From contig JBBTRX010000002.1 of assembly GCA_038064975.1 (NCBI GenBank), positions 128,880 through 192,879 on the forward strand: a stretch of 64,000 nucleotides of DNA, given 5' to 3'. Positions 9,631 through 20,175 of the stretch are shown in pieces. The notes under the pieces were generated by a model. That model worked only from the letters and a program-made list of their open reading frames with translations. It did no database searches and had not been told where the DNA came from. This DNA is from Patescibacteria group bacterium. Lineage in GTDB: Bacteria > Patescibacteriota > Minisyncoccia > UBA6257 > 1-14-0-10-40-38. Each line of letters opens with the position of its first letter. Position 1 is the first letter of the stretch. The position numbers were made by a program, and so were the translations under genes.

Positions 9631-10440
9631 ATGGAACGACTTGGACAACATTTTTTAAACGATCAAAAAGCCGTAAACGCAACGCTAAAAGCCACGCGCC
9701 CCGAGAAAGGAGATGCTGTTATTGAGATTGGTCCCGGCAAAGGCGCCCTCACGCTCCCACTCGCAGAACTATGCAAAAAAACGCAATGTGATTTTTTTGC
9801 TATTGAAAAAGACACCAAGCTTGCGGTGCTCGTTGCGCGCGATCTCACCAAGAAATCAATACCTGGAGTTATTATCCAAGGGGACGCATTGCGCGTTCTA
9901 CCCGAACTTTACGAACGTTATCCCGCCCTTCGTGGAAAGAAACTCATCATCGTCGGGAATATTCCCTACTACATCACAGGACACCTCTTGAGAATCTTGA
10001 GCGAACTTGAACAAAGGCCAAAACGCACTGTTCTTATGGTTCAAGATGAAGTAGCAGAACGCATCGCCGCAGAGCCGGGGCATATGAATCTCCTAGCTGC
10101 AGCGACTCAGCTGTGGGCAACTCCAACAGTAATTCTCCGCGTACCAAAAACCTCATTCAAGCCAAAACCCAAGGTAGATTCAGCAATTATTGTACTCACC
10201 ACTAAGGATATTCCCGACAGTTTTCCAAAAAACCAGTACTATGCAGCGATAAAAATCTTATTCCGACAGCCCCGTAAGACATTATTTAACAATCTGCGTG
10301 CTCACAAAGCCTTATCTCCTGACAAGGCACGAGAAATGATGGATCGTTTCAAGATTAGAGAGACAACGCGTCCCCAAGATCTCTCATTAGAGCTGTTAAT
10401 AAAGATAGTGCGCGCGTTAGACGACTTTCGTGTGATATAA
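9631..10440 (+). CDS. rsmA: 16S rRNA m6,2A dimethyltransferase RsmA/KsgA
   Basis: LGQHFL, EIGPGKGALT, GNIPYYIT, MVQ.EVAERI, F.PKPKVDSA. Confidence 0.97.
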   Translation: MERLGQHFLNDQKAVNATLKATRPEKGDAVIEIGPGKGALTLPLAELCKKTQCDFFAIEKDTKLAVLVARDLTKKSIPGVIIQGDALRVLPELYERYPALRGKKLIIVGNIPYYITGHLLRILSELEQRPKRTVLMVQDEVAERIAAEPGHMNLLAAATQLWATPTVILRVPKTSFKPKPKVDSAIIVLTTKDIPDSFPKNQYYAAIKILFRQPRKTLFNNLRAHKALSPDKAREMMDRFKIRETTRPQDLSLELLIKIVRALDDFRVI

Positions 10441-10467
10441 TTGCTATAGCAAACGTGCGTTTTTGTT

Positions 10468-11214
10468 ATGGCAAAAAAAATCTTTTCACTATTTCTTATT
10501 GTGGGCGCAGGTATGGGCGCCGTTGTTCTTGTCGGTAGTGCTTCTCTTTCAGCGAAAGTCGCCTCTCCCAAGACTGCAATTCTTACTGAAGCCATTCCAA
10601 ATACGCCCGGGGCTACCGCCTCCACCCGCGCACGCAATGAAACCTTAAAGCTACTAGAGGGTACTCTTACAAAAATCAGAGAAGAGGCAAACAAATCTCC
10701 CGATCAGCAAATCAGCGGCGCTATTCCTAATATTAATCCTGAAGAAATCGCTGAAAGCATTTTAAGCGAAGGGCAAGCAGCGTTTGATCCTGAAACGTTT
10801 AGAGTTTCCGTGTCTCTAGAGTCGCTCATTATCACACCGAGCAAAGACAAGACGGCAATAGAATCCTATTTCAAAGGAGTACAAGCAATTCTCCAGAGCG
10901 CGAGCGCCATTACGCAGGAATTTACAAAAACAGATCCTTCCCCGAAAGCCTTCGGTGAAGTTGCAAAAACGGTCCACGACACTGCCACGAATCTTTACAC
11001 GCTTCCCGTCCCCGCTCCCGCGGCACATCTTCACGCGCGCCAAATCGGACTCATGCAAACACAGGCGAATATTTTTAGTGCCCTTGCGAAAGCCGACCAG
11101 GATCCTGTACTCGCGCTTTTTGCGCTTCAAACCCTGGAAGCATTACAGCCTGAATTTGATGCCGTAGGGAAAGATTTTTCCAATCTCTTAAGCCAATACG
11201 GCATTACCTATTAA
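10468..11214 (+). CDS. Membrane-anchored helical protein in secretion operon
   Basis: N-terminal hydrophobic segment; abuts next gene. Confidence 0.7.
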   Translation: MAKKIFSLFLIVGAGMGAVVLVGSASLSAKVASPKTAILTEAIPNTPGATASTRARNETLKLLEGTLTKIREEANKSPDQQISGAIPNINPEEIAESILSEGQAAFDPETFRVSVSLESLIITPSKDKTAIESYFKGVQAILQSASAITQEFTKTDPSPKAFGEVAKTVHDTATNLYTLPVPAPAAHLHARQIGLMQTQANIFSALAKADQDPVLALFALQTLEALQPEFDAVGKDFSNLLSQYGITY

Positions 11215-12717
11215 ATGAACCGAAGCATAGCCATAACGCTTGCGCTTGTAACCATACTCACGGTTTTTGGTCAGCCGCTTCTTTTCCCTCGCACTGTTCA
11301 AAAAGCTGAGGCAGCCGTTCCTGTTTGGGATATTACCGGTGCTCCAGTCCAAAGCTTCACGCAATCACTTCTTGAGTGGGCCTGGCGCTTTGCTCGAGAG
11401 ACGCTCCGCAGAAGAATTTTGGACATGATGGTTGATCAAATCATTCAGTGGATTAACGGGGGTGGAAAACCCCAATTTGTAAGTGATTGGGGAGGGTTTT
11501 TGGACGATGCCGCGAATATTGCGATTGGAGATTTTGCAGAAGAGATCGGTGCCGGATGGCTGTGCGATCCATTTAATTTTCAAATCCAAATAGCCCTATT
11601 GCCTGTTCCGCGATTCTCCCAGCAAGTTACCTGTACCCTAGATCAAATCGTTGGCAATATTGATAATTTTTATAACGACTTCAGAAATGGAAACTGGATT
11701 GCGTATACGGGATCACTAGAGCCGCAAAACAATTACTTTGGAGCAACGATCCTTGCAATATCAGAACGTGACAGAAGGATTTCACAAGCTCAGCAATCTG
11801 CACAAAACGAGGCGCTTGCCGGAGGAGGATTCTTAAGCTCAAAATCATGCAATGAAAGTGGCGGGAGCGGACCGGATTTGGACGGCGACGGAACCCCGGG
11901 AGACATTTCATCAACATGTGTCGTTACGACACCAGGAAGCACTGTGGGAGGGATTGTGAGTAAAGCCATCGGATCCGATATTGATTATCTCGTAAACGCC
12001 GAGGAGATTGAGGCATATGTAGGCGCAATCGCAAACGCTATTGTGAACCGACTCATCGTATCCGGAGTAAACGGCTTGAAGGGAGTTTCCACTCCGAACG
12101 CTCCCGCCGGAGGAACCATAGGAGGAGGATCCGGCCCATGCGCAGGACTTGTGGGAGTTCAGCTCACCGCATGCCAAGATTACGTTACTACTTCAAATAA
12201 TAATCTTGATTTTGCAAAATCAAGCACAATCAGCAATATCAATCAGGTCCTCTCCCCACTGCAGGGAGTAACAACTGCGCATGCATCCTCGCTTCAAGCA
12301 CTCAATCAATACGTCGCTGATCTGAATACCTTCCTCTCACAATTCAATGCACTTCCCAGCAATCCATTTATGGGAAAAGCATGCACGAATTTTGATACGT
12401 ATATCGCGAATATCAACGCCGAACTTGGATATGCGACAAGCACGATTGCGATCGTAACAAGTAAACAGAGCGCAAACCAAGCATGGATGGGGCAACTCAA
12501 TACTTCGGTACAAGGATTAAACGCACTCGCTCCGGACGATTGGGCAGGATTTAGCGCTATCGTTGCTCCGCTTCAAAACTCCGGTCTTCTAGATCAAAAT
12601 GCCGCAATTACCGCAGAGAATAATGCCGCTACCGAACTGCAAACCATTCAGACACATATTCAACAGGCAAAGACCGCAATTCAAAACAATTACACAAGTT
12701 GTCAGAATGGTAACTAG
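11215..12717 (+). CDS. Exported protein of T4SS-like operon
   Basis: Signal peptide ending ...KAEA; paired Cys; helical C-terminus. Confidence 0.7.
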   Translation: MNRSIAITLALVTILTVFGQPLLFPRTVQKAEAAVPVWDITGAPVQSFTQSLLEWAWRFARETLRRRILDMMVDQIIQWINGGGKPQFVSDWGGFLDDAANIAIGDFAEEIGAGWLCDPFNFQIQIALLPVPRFSQQVTCTLDQIVGNIDNFYNDFRNGNWIAYTGSLEPQNNYFGATILAISERDRRISQAQQSAQNEALAGGGFLSSKSCNESGGSGPDLDGDGTPGDISSTCVVTTPGSTVGGIVSKAIGSDIDYLVNAEEIEAYVGAIANAIVNRLIVSGVNGLKGVSTPNAPAGGTIGGGSGPCAGLVGVQLTACQDYVTTSNNNLDFAKSSTISNINQVLSPLQGVTTAHASSLQALNQYVADLNTFLSQFNALPSNPFMGKACTNFDTYIANINAELGYATSTIAIVTSKQSANQAWMGQLNTSVQGLNALAPDDWAGFSAIVAPLQNSGLLDQNAAITAENNAATELQTIQTHIQQAKTAIQNNYTSCQNGN

Positions 12718-12720
12718 ACT

Positions 12721-14916
12721 ATGTTCGTAAAAATTGGAATAAGAAAAAAACACTGGATAACAATCTTTCTCTTCATGATCCTTGCCGGATCATTGCTAAG
12801 CGCATCTCCTTTTGCCCTCGCACAACAGCAAGGTCCTCCACCTGCAACTCAAGATCCGATAGGTCCGCCAGCTCCATCGCCTACGGACAATGAATCTAAG
12901 AACAATCCTACATGCAGTCTTTGGAGCGGCTTTTCTCTGGCTGATTGTATTTCCTTGGGCTTGAGTACTCTTTTCTATGTTATCTATTCCGCAATTGGCT
13001 CGCTTATAAACTTCCTCGCAGTTGTTATTGAATTCATTATTGATCTTAGTAAAGATATCGTTGGAAGTTCTCTCGTTCGCATTGGATTCTCTATCACGCT
13101 TGGAATCGCTAATCTCGGATTTGTTCTTGCGATTATTGTTATCGCATTTGCTACAATCCTCCGCATAGAAAAATACGCACTAAAACAAACGCTTTGGAAG
13201 CTTATCGTCGCTGCAGTGCTTATCAATTTCAGTCTCGGACTTGCCGGACTCATTATTGATTTTACAAACGTCTTCTCATATTTCTTTATAGAAGAAATCC
13301 AAAAGGCAGGAGATCTCGGCGGACAACTTGCGAATGCAATGCAGATACAGAATCTTGTAAAAGTTGACGGTGCTAAAGGACTCGCGGAAGCGGGAGGGCA
13401 GAGTCTTATCAACTTTGGTGGGGCACTTTTGGGATTCATCATATCTCTTCTTATCGCAGTTCTTTTTTCCGCAATCATTGTGATTGTATTTGGAGCACTC
13501 GCTTTTATGCTTGTTGTCCGTTACGTTTACATCGTTTTCCTTCTCATACTTATGCCTATCGCATGGCTCTGTTGGGTTGTCCCCGACCTTTCAAAGCATT
13601 GGCGTAATTGGTGGGACACCTTTATCCAATGGACGTTTTTCTTGCCTGCTATGACGTTCTTTATGTATCTCGGCATCGTAGCCATTGCGGGAACCGCAAC
13701 ACAGCCTGGCCTTAATAAAACGGTTTCCGATAGCGTAGCTTTGGATAGTGTTTCCGCTAAAGCACTAGATGGATTTGTAATACAAACTGGCGGCGCTGAA
13801 CAATTTCTCCAAATCTTAATAGCAATCGGTATCTTTGTCGGAGGTTTAATAGCCGCCCAAAAAATGAGTATCGCCGGAGCTGCGAGCGCAGTAGGTTTCG
13901 TGAAGAGTGCAAAAGATAAAGCCATAGGAGCTCTGGGATACACCGCTCGCTTACCATACCGTGCCGCAGGAGCAGCTAAAAGAGCGGCGATTGGCGAAGA
14001 TGTTACGAGGAGAGCCGCAACTCACCTCACCAGATCAGAACCATTTAAAAAATGGACGGAAAATCGCCAAAAAAGTAACAGTTTCCTTGTTCGAAGCGTT
14101 GGGAATGTCGCCGCAAAATTAGGAACTCTCCAAGGGGAACAACTAGCGTCTCAAGCGAGCGAGCGAGTCAAGAATATTCCAAAAAGCCAGCTCGCATTTC
14201 AAATACGAGATTTAAAAGGAGCTGATTATGCCCAAGGATTGGCGCGCGCCGTTAAAGAAGGGGTTGCGGATAAAATCCCTAACCTTGGCGAAATCATCGG
14301 GAATGAAAAAACAAAGGAAATTTTTAAAAGCTTTGGGATGGAGAAGGATTATGGCAATCTTGAAAATGCATTTGGCGCAGATACTGCCATGGTTCAGGCC
14401 GCACGGAAAGATGATGGAGCAGCGTTAACAAAAGCCTCTCTAGAATTCCATAATAAAAAGAGTCTAGAAGACTATAAAAAATTCCCATCGGAATGGTTAA
14501 AGGAATTTGATCCGAAGAAGCGCTTTGCCGGCATGGACCAATCGCTGTTTGAAAAATTAAGTAGCGCAAATTTAAGAACTATCGGAAATACAAATCCAGG
14601 CGCTTTAGGAAAAATGATGCCAAAATTTTCAGGTAAAGATTTTGCTGAATTTCAAAAGAAGCTTTTCCAAGAATTTAGAAATGACTTTGATATGATTATC
14701 GAACACGAGGGGAAAAAATTTGCTCGCGATTCGGTTTTTGATGATTTACAATCCTTAGATCAAAAAATTGCCTTTGAAGCGCGCAGTATTCTCACAAGTG
14801 GTTTGGAAAAGATAAATAAAAATCTCCATCGATCGCTTACAAAAAATATGGGGGATCGCATAACTGGTGCCACAGCTGAAACTCCGCCGCCAGGCACACC
14901 TCCACAAACCCCATAA
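12721..14916 (+). CDS. VirB6/TrbL-like polytopic membrane protein
   Basis: Many TM helices, LINFSL motif, P...W..WW..F..W..F.P segment, long cytoplasmic tail; context with VirB4. Confidence 0.75.
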   Translation: MFVKIGIRKKHWITIFLFMILAGSLLSASPFALAQQQGPPPATQDPIGPPAPSPTDNESKNNPTCSLWSGFSLADCISLGLSTLFYVIYSAIGSLINFLAVVIEFIIDLSKDIVGSSLVRIGFSITLGIANLGFVLAIIVIAFATILRIEKYALKQTLWKLIVAAVLINFSLGLAGLIIDFTNVFSYFFIEEIQKAGDLGGQLANAMQIQNLVKVDGAKGLAEAGGQSLINFGGALLGFIISLLIAVLFSAIIVIVFGALAFMLVVRYVYIVFLLILMPIAWLCWVVPDLSKHWRNWWDTFIQWTFFLPAMTFFMYLGIVAIAGTATQPGLNKTVSDSVALDSVSAKALDGFVIQTGGAEQFLQILIAIGIFVGGLIAAQKMSIAGAASAVGFVKSAKDKAIGALGYTARLPYRAAGAAKRAAIGEDVTRRAATHLTRSEPFKKWTENRQKSNSFLVRSVGNVAAKLGTLQGEQLASQASERVKNIPKSQLAFQIRDLKGADYAQGLARAVKEGVADKIPNLGEIIGNEKTKEIFKSFGMEKDYGNLENAFGADTAMVQAARKDDGAALTKASLEFHNKKSLEDYKKFPSEWLKEFDPKKRFAGMDQSLFEKLSSANLRTIGNTNPGALGKMMPKFSGKDFAEFQKKLFQEFRNDFDMIIEHEGKKFARDSVFDDLQSLDQKIAFEARSILTSGLEKINKNLHRSLTKNMGDRITGATAETPPPGTPPQTP

Positions 14917-14923
14917 ACCATTT

Positions 14924-15607
14924 ATGATAACTATCTCTCAAAAACAAGCATTAGATAGATGGGATACTCTTACCGAAAAGCTTCGGGAGGCTTTGTTTTC
15001 TTCTGAATATGCGGATATTGTTTGGTCCATCGCTGAAAAAAGAAAAATGGAAGAAAACCAAATACACATCCTTGCGACAGCCGCAGGAGATGTTGTAATG
15101 GGCTTTATCCCCTCCAGCCCGTCGGAATTTGCGAAAGAACTTATGACTCGTCTCTCCATTAAAGAGAGCGATGCGTTGGAGATGGCACGTGAGCTTGATG
15201 TAAAAATATTCGCCAATCTAAAACAAGATATAGATAAAGTCTTCTCTGTACCCAAAGACCACAAAGAACCTCCTCCATTTAATCCTCAAATGAGACCAGC
15301 GGAGCCTGTCCCCGTTATGAACGATATCGTTGCAGGGAATGGAAATGGTGAAACAAAACAAAATCACGTCGCACCAAGCCAAGAAGAAACGCATATAGAT
15401 GAGCCGTTTATTCTCCATCGCGAAGATGCTGGAGTAGCACGTGAAATTCCCGCAGAAGAACCCTTTGTACGCTTTGAGGCACAAAGATTTTCCGGCACCC
15501 AACCAACCGCAAAACCAGCAACCGCTCGCATCGAAGGATTAAACAACGAACCCAAGAAAGAGCGCGTAGTACATTATAGTAGTGAGAGAACACCGCTAGA
15601 AGACTAG
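14924..15607 (+). CDS. Hypothetical protein
   Basis: ATG 8 bp after upstream stop; helical N-domain and Pro-rich tail. Confidence 0.7.
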   Translation: MITISQKQALDRWDTLTEKLREALFSSEYADIVWSIAEKRKMEENQIHILATAAGDVVMGFIPSSPSEFAKELMTRLSIKESDALEMARELDVKIFANLKQDIDKVFSVPKDHKEPPPFNPQMRPAEPVPVMNDIVAGNGNGETKQNHVAPSQEETHIDEPFILHREDAGVAREIPAEEPFVRFEAQRFSGTQPTAKPATARIEGLNNEPKKERVVHYSSERTPLED

Positions 15608-15685
15608 CTTAAAGTTAATGAGTTACTCCCCTTTCGGGGATACAGTTGATCGGTTGATGAGTTAAGAGGTAATCCATAAGAATGT

Positions 15686-16081
15686 ATGGCAACAGGAATA
15701 GAAAACCTAAAGATTTATACTCTCGCCAAAGACCTGGAAATTGAGGTGCATATAGCCGTAAAAAATTTCCCTAGAGAAGAGCGATTTAGGAGCATTGATC
15801 AGCTCAAGCGATCATCCGCATCAGTTGCGAATAATATTGCCGAAGCTTATTACAAGAAGTCTCCAAAAGAGAAGATTAGAATATTAAGAGGTATCGCAAT
15901 TTCTGAAGCGGAAGAGACAAGAACGAATCTTACGCGATGTGCTGAAAAGGAATTTATCACACCAGAGGCAATTTCGGGTATTATAGGAAGGTATATTGAA
16001 CTTCGGATGGCGATTTTTGGATATATCAAGTTCTTAGAGCAATACAAGAAAGACCAAGTTAAAAACTCTTCAACTCATTAA
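15686..16081 (+). CDS. Four-helix-bundle protein (23S rRNA IVP / Avd-like family)
   Basis: L.IY..A, FP.EERF..IDQLKRSSASVANNIAEAY, IA.SEAEET motifs. Confidence 0.9.
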   Translation: MATGIENLKIYTLAKDLEIEVHIAVKNFPREERFRSIDQLKRSSASVANNIAEAYYKKSPKEKIRILRGIAISEAEETRTNLTRCAEKEFITPEAISGIIGRYIELRMAIFGYIKFLEQYKKDQVKNSSTH

Positions 16082-16102
16082 CTCATCACCTGATTAACTA
16101 TT

Positions 16103-16615
16103 GTGCAATTCCAAGTTCCTCAATTTATTGATTTCTCTCCGAAGATCGTGGGGCCCCTCTCCATTAAGCAATTTCTGTATCTTGCTGGAGCCGCAGTACC
16201 GACGTTTATCTTTTACTTTATGTTTAATTTCTGGCTTTGGATTATCGTGAGCGCGATTCTTTGGGTCATAGCCCTGCCGCTCGCATTCGCTAAGTACAAT
16301 GGCCAGCCAATCCCCCGTATTATGGGCGCAGCACTCCTCTACTTTTGGAAACCGCGTTTTTATCTGTGGAAACGAGAGGAAGCCCATCTCAATCTGCCCA
16401 GTATGCCAAGATTGCCGCGTGAATCATTTATTGAAACACAGAAGAAAACACTAAAAGACCTTATCTTAAAGATAACGACTACGACACATCCTATTGAAAA
16501 ACGCGAGAAACCTCTGCAATTTCTACAAGCATTCGGCACAACAAAAGACAATTTTGAGCGCGTCCGCAAGAATACGGGAGAACGCCGTGTCGCAAAGCGC
16601 GTTGACTACCGGTAG
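16103..16615 (+). CDS. PrgI-family (VirB3-like) membrane protein
   Basis: MQFQVPQFID...KIVGPLSIKQF.YL, two TM helices, NGQP, PR.YLW. Confidence 0.85.
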   Translation: MQFQVPQFIDFSPKIVGPLSIKQFLYLAGAAVPTFIFYFMFNFWLWIIVSAILWVIALPLAFAKYNGQPIPRIMGAALLYFWKPRFYLWKREEAHLNLPSMPRLPRESFIETQKKTLKDLILKITTTTHPIEKREKPLQFLQAFGTTKDNFERVRKNTGERRVAKRVDYR

Positions 16616-16778
16616 TGCTGAAACTTACGACTTACAACTAACTACAAAGAAAAACAGATGGTCGGATAGAGTGTTATAAGTTATTTGTTGTCAGTTATTA
16701 GTTGTCTGTTGTCGGTCAAGGTTATTTACTGTTTTCTCCGCTTTATACTTTATACTTTGTGCCTTATACTTGAATGGT

Positions 16779-17465
16779 ATGCCGGATAAAACAGCAGCAT
16801 TCCCCACGCAGGAATTTATTGAAGCCGAATCCGTTCAGGACGGAACGGTCATTTTAAAAAACGGTGGTATCCGCCAGATTCTTGTTGTATCTGGAGTCAA
16901 TTTTGATTTGAAGTCTGAAGAAGAGCAGGGAATGATCATTAACGGGTTTCAAAACTTTTTTAATTCCCTGGACTTTACCGTCCAGATTTTTATCCATTCT
17001 CGCAAACTGAATATTGATGCTTATTTGGAGTCCGTCTCTATGAGAGAGACTCAAGAGCCGAACGAACTATTACGTAATCTCATTGGAGAATATCGTGAAT
17101 TCATTAAGGCATTCATTACGGAGAACGCGATTATGAGTAAATCGTTTTTTGTCATCGTCCCCTACAATCCGGTTTCTTTATCCGAAGGGGGCGAAGCTAT
17201 TACTGGCAAGATTTTTGGATTTCTCAAGAGCAAGGGAATTCAAAAGCCAATTGACCGCCTTCCCGAAGGGCAAAATAAAGACGAGCAATTGCGGCACAAT
17301 ATTGATCAGCTTTCAGAGCGCGTGAATGAAATTGTGAATGGACTAAATCAAATGGATCTTCGCGCTATTCCTTTAAACACCGATGAAGTTATTGAGCTGC
17401 TCTATAACCTTTATAATCCAGATGCCATAGAAAAAAAGGGTATCGGAGCCGAACCAAAATCATGA
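16779..17465 (+). CDS. VirB4/TraC N-terminal-like protein
   Basis: VSGVNFDLKSEEEQ, FFNSLDF.VQI.I.SRKLNI, FFVIVP; overlaps VirB4 start. Confidence 0.75.
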   Translation: MPDKTAAFPTQEFIEAESVQDGTVILKNGGIRQILVVSGVNFDLKSEEEQGMIINGFQNFFNSLDFTVQIFIHSRKLNIDAYLESVSMRETQEPNELLRNLIGEYREFIKAFITENAIMSKSFFVIVPYNPVSLSEGGEAITGKIFGFLKSKGIQKPIDRLPEGQNKDEQLRHNIDQLSERVNEIVNGLNQMDLRAIPLNTDEVIELLYNLYNPDAIEKKGIGAEPKS

Positions 17466-19159
17466 ACAAAGAAATTAAGGATCTTATCGCACCTTCCGCT
17501 CTTGAAATCGGAGCGAACTATATCCGACTCGGCAATAAGATTGCAAAAACAATTTTCATATTCACCTATCCTCGATATCTTTCCACCGGCTGGTTTTCTC
17601 CCATCATTAATATGCCGGATCTCTTGGATATCTCTATTTTTGTAAATCCCGTAGAGACTTCGCTCGCGCTTAAAAATCTCCGTAAAAAAGCTGCACAAGT
17701 TCAGGCACAAATTAATGAATCCGAAGAAAAGGGCCTTGTTCGCAATCCCCAGCTTGAAACCGCGATCCAAGACATTGAAAATCTCCGGGACTCGCTCCAA
17801 CAAGCGCAGGAAAATCTTTTTAGCGTCGCAGTCTATATCACAATGTACGCTCCGGATGAAAAATCCCTTTCAAAATTGGAGAGTCAAGTGACGTCCCTCC
17901 TAGAAAGTCGCCTTGTCTATGCAAAACCAACAACATTCCAGCAACTGGAGGGATTTACCTCATGTCTTCCATTAGGGCTTGATAAACTTGGCATTACAAC
18001 AACGCTCAATTCCAGCCCACTCTCTTCGCTCTTTCCATTTGTATCAGTAAATCTTACCTCAGACGAAGGGATTCTCTACGGCGTAAATCGCCACGATAAT
18101 ACGCTCATTATCTTTGACCGATTCTCTTTAGAGAATTCCAATATGGTTATCTTCGCAAAATCCGGAGCCGGAAAATCATACACTACTAAACTGGAAGCGA
18201 TTCGCCTCCTTATGATGGGTACAGACGTTATTATTGTGGATCCGGAAAATGAATATGAGCGCCTTGCGGAAGCGGTAGGTGGCAGTTTTTTCCGCATTTC
18301 CCTTACCTCGGGACACCACATCAATCCGTTTGATCTCCCCAAAATACCGAAAGATGAAAATCCGGATGACGCACTCCGCTCCCATATTATTACGCTCACG
18401 GGACTTCTCAAGATTATGTTGGGCAAAATGAGGCCGAGCGAAGAAGCTCTTTTAGATCGCGCTATCACCGAAACCTATGCATCGCGCGAAATCGTGCCCG
18501 GTAAAGATTTCTCCAACGCTACGTCTCCTCTTTTGGAAGACTTAGAGTCCGTGCTTAAAAACATGGAGGGTGGACAGAGCATCGCAGAGCGACTCTATAA
18601 ATTTACGAAAGGTAGTTATTCCGGCTTTATGAATAGCGCAACGAATATTGATATTGATAACCGCCTCATTGTGTTTTCTATTCGAGACCTTGAAGATGAA
18701 CTCCGTCCGGTAGCGATGTACATTATATTGAACTTTATCTGGAGCTTGGTACGCGCGGAACTTAAAAAACGGATTATGATCGTGGACGAAGCATGGTGGA
18801 TGATGAAACACGAAGATGGTGCATCATTCCTCTTCGGACTCGTAAAGCGCGCGCGCAAGTATTTCCTAGGCGTTACGACCATAACGCAAGACGTAGAAGA
18901 TTTTCTCCGCTCCCCTTATGGCAAACCGATTATCACCAACTCCTCCCTTCAAATCCTCTTAAAACAAGCTCCTGCCGCAATAGACGTCGTTGCAAAGACA
19001 TTCAGCCTTACTGAAGGCGAAAAAAATCTTCTTCTTGAAGCGGAGGTTGGCCAAGGACTTTTCTTTGCAGGGTTAAATCGCGCTGCAATTCAGATTGTCG
19101 CTTCATACCTGGAAGATAAAATTATTACCACGAAGCCAGAGGATATTCTTAAGGCATAG
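17462..19159 (+). CDS. virB4: VirB4-family ATPase
   Basis: Walker A AKSGAGKS, IVDPENEY, INPFD, Walker B IVDEAW, KRARKY, TQD. Confidence 0.92.
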   Translation: MNKEIKDLIAPSALEIGANYIRLGNKIAKTIFIFTYPRYLSTGWFSPIINMPDLLDISIFVNPVETSLALKNLRKKAAQVQAQINESEEKGLVRNPQLETAIQDIENLRDSLQQAQENLFSVAVYITMYAPDEKSLSKLESQVTSLLESRLVYAKPTTFQQLEGFTSCLPLGLDKLGITTTLNSSPLSSLFPFVSVNLTSDEGILYGVNRHDNTLIIFDRFSLENSNMVIFAKSGAGKSYTTKLEAIRLLMMGTDVIIVDPENEYERLAEAVGGSFFRISLTSGHHINPFDLPKIPKDENPDDALRSHIITLTGLLKIMLGKMRPSEEALLDRAITETYASREIVPGKDFSNATSPLLEDLESVLKNMEGGQSIAERLYKFTKGSYSGFMNSATNIDIDNRLIVFSIRDLEDELRPVAMYIILNFIWSLVRAELKKRIMIVDEAWWMMKHEDGASFLFGLVKRARKYFLGVTTITQDVEDFLRSPYGKPIITNSSLQILLKQAPAAIDVVAKTFSLTEGEKNLLLEAEVGQGLFFAGLNRAAIQIVASYLEDKIITTKPEDILKA

Positions 19160-19177
19160 TGCGATATACTAATAGGT

Positions 19178-19504
19178 ATGGAGCATGAACCTAAAATATC
19201 TTTCCTAGAGGCATTCTTTTTGATCGCCTATATCGCAATTACAGATATTATTGGAATTCTCTTAGTATTGGTTGGTTTAGACGATTTCTTTATTATTGAC
19301 GCCCTCACCTTTCCTGTTACGCAACTCTACTTTAGAATGAAAGGAGTGCGAGGGACGTGGAGTTTATGGATGAATATCGCAGAGCTCATTCCGTACATTG
19401 GAGCACTCCCCCTAAGAACTATTGGGGTCATCGCTGTCGTATATCTTGATCATCATCCAGAAAAGATGAAAGTGCTTGAAAAAATTACACATTTAAAGAA
19501 ATGA
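19178..19504 (+). CDS. Small membrane protein
   Basis: Hydrophobic helices, ELIPYIGALP motif. Confidence 0.7.
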   Translation: MEHEPKISFLEAFFLIAYIAITDIIGILLVLVGLDDFFIIDALTFPVTQLYFRMKGVRGTWSLWMNIAELIPYIGALPLRTIGVIAVVYLDHHPEKMKVLEKITHLKK

Positions 19505-20175
19505 GATCAGTAAAGAAATATAGTATTATCGCCATTGCTCTTACTGTCCTTTTTATTTTTCATAACGTTGAAGCACAGACTGCTCCTGAAGCACTATTAA
19601 GTTGGAGCGCAAATACATCCGCTCCATCCTTCTATCATGCAAAGCGTCTTCCAACACGGGGATCGTCCATACAAGCTCATATTGAACTCATTCATCAAAA
19701 TAAAATAGTTTCTTTGAGCGGCAAAAAAATCACATGGCTTGTTGAGAATCAGCTTTATGCTTCAAAAATAGGGCAGAAGGATTTTAGTTTTGAGATTCCG
19801 ACGGGAGCAGGAGATGCGATCCGAGTAACCGCAGTCATTTTAAATTACAACGGAAAAGATGTGAGAAAGACTATTGAGATTCCCGTCACAAACCCTCGTG
19901 TTTCAATTAACGCACCATTCCCCTTCGGTACTGTATCGGTGTCTCAAATTACACTCAAAGCATTTACCTTCTTTTTCTCTTCCAATAACCTTTCGTATAC
20001 GTGGGAAGTAAATGGAGTCACTCCCACTGAAGGAGCGGGTAATCCTTCCGAACTCAATCTTTCACTTTCTCCTGAAGGGAGCGGAGATATTAGCGTTTCA
20101 CTTTCTGTAAACAATCCACAAAACCCCCTTGAGTTTGGAGATGCTTCCCAACTACTCCGCTATATCCATGAATAA
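19501..20175 (+). CDS. Exported Ig-like beta-sandwich protein
   Basis: Signal peptide VEA|Q; beta-strand pattern, YTWEVNG. Confidence 0.7.
   Translation: MRSVKKYSIIAIALTVLFIFHNVEAQTAPEALLSWSANTSAPSFYHAKRLPTRGSSIQAHIELIHQNKIVSLSGKKITWLVENQLYASKIGQKDFSFEIPTGAGDAIRVTAVILNYNGKDVRKTIEIPVTNPRVSINAPFPFGTVSVSQITLKAFTFFFSSNNLSYTWEVNGVTPTEGAGNPSELNLSLSPEGSGDISVSLSVNNPQNPLEFGDASQLLRYIHE

Noticed and set aside
15686-16081. Diversity-generating retroelement (Avd-like gene)
   Set aside because: No reverse transcriptase and no TR/VR pair with adenine-specific mismatches seen.
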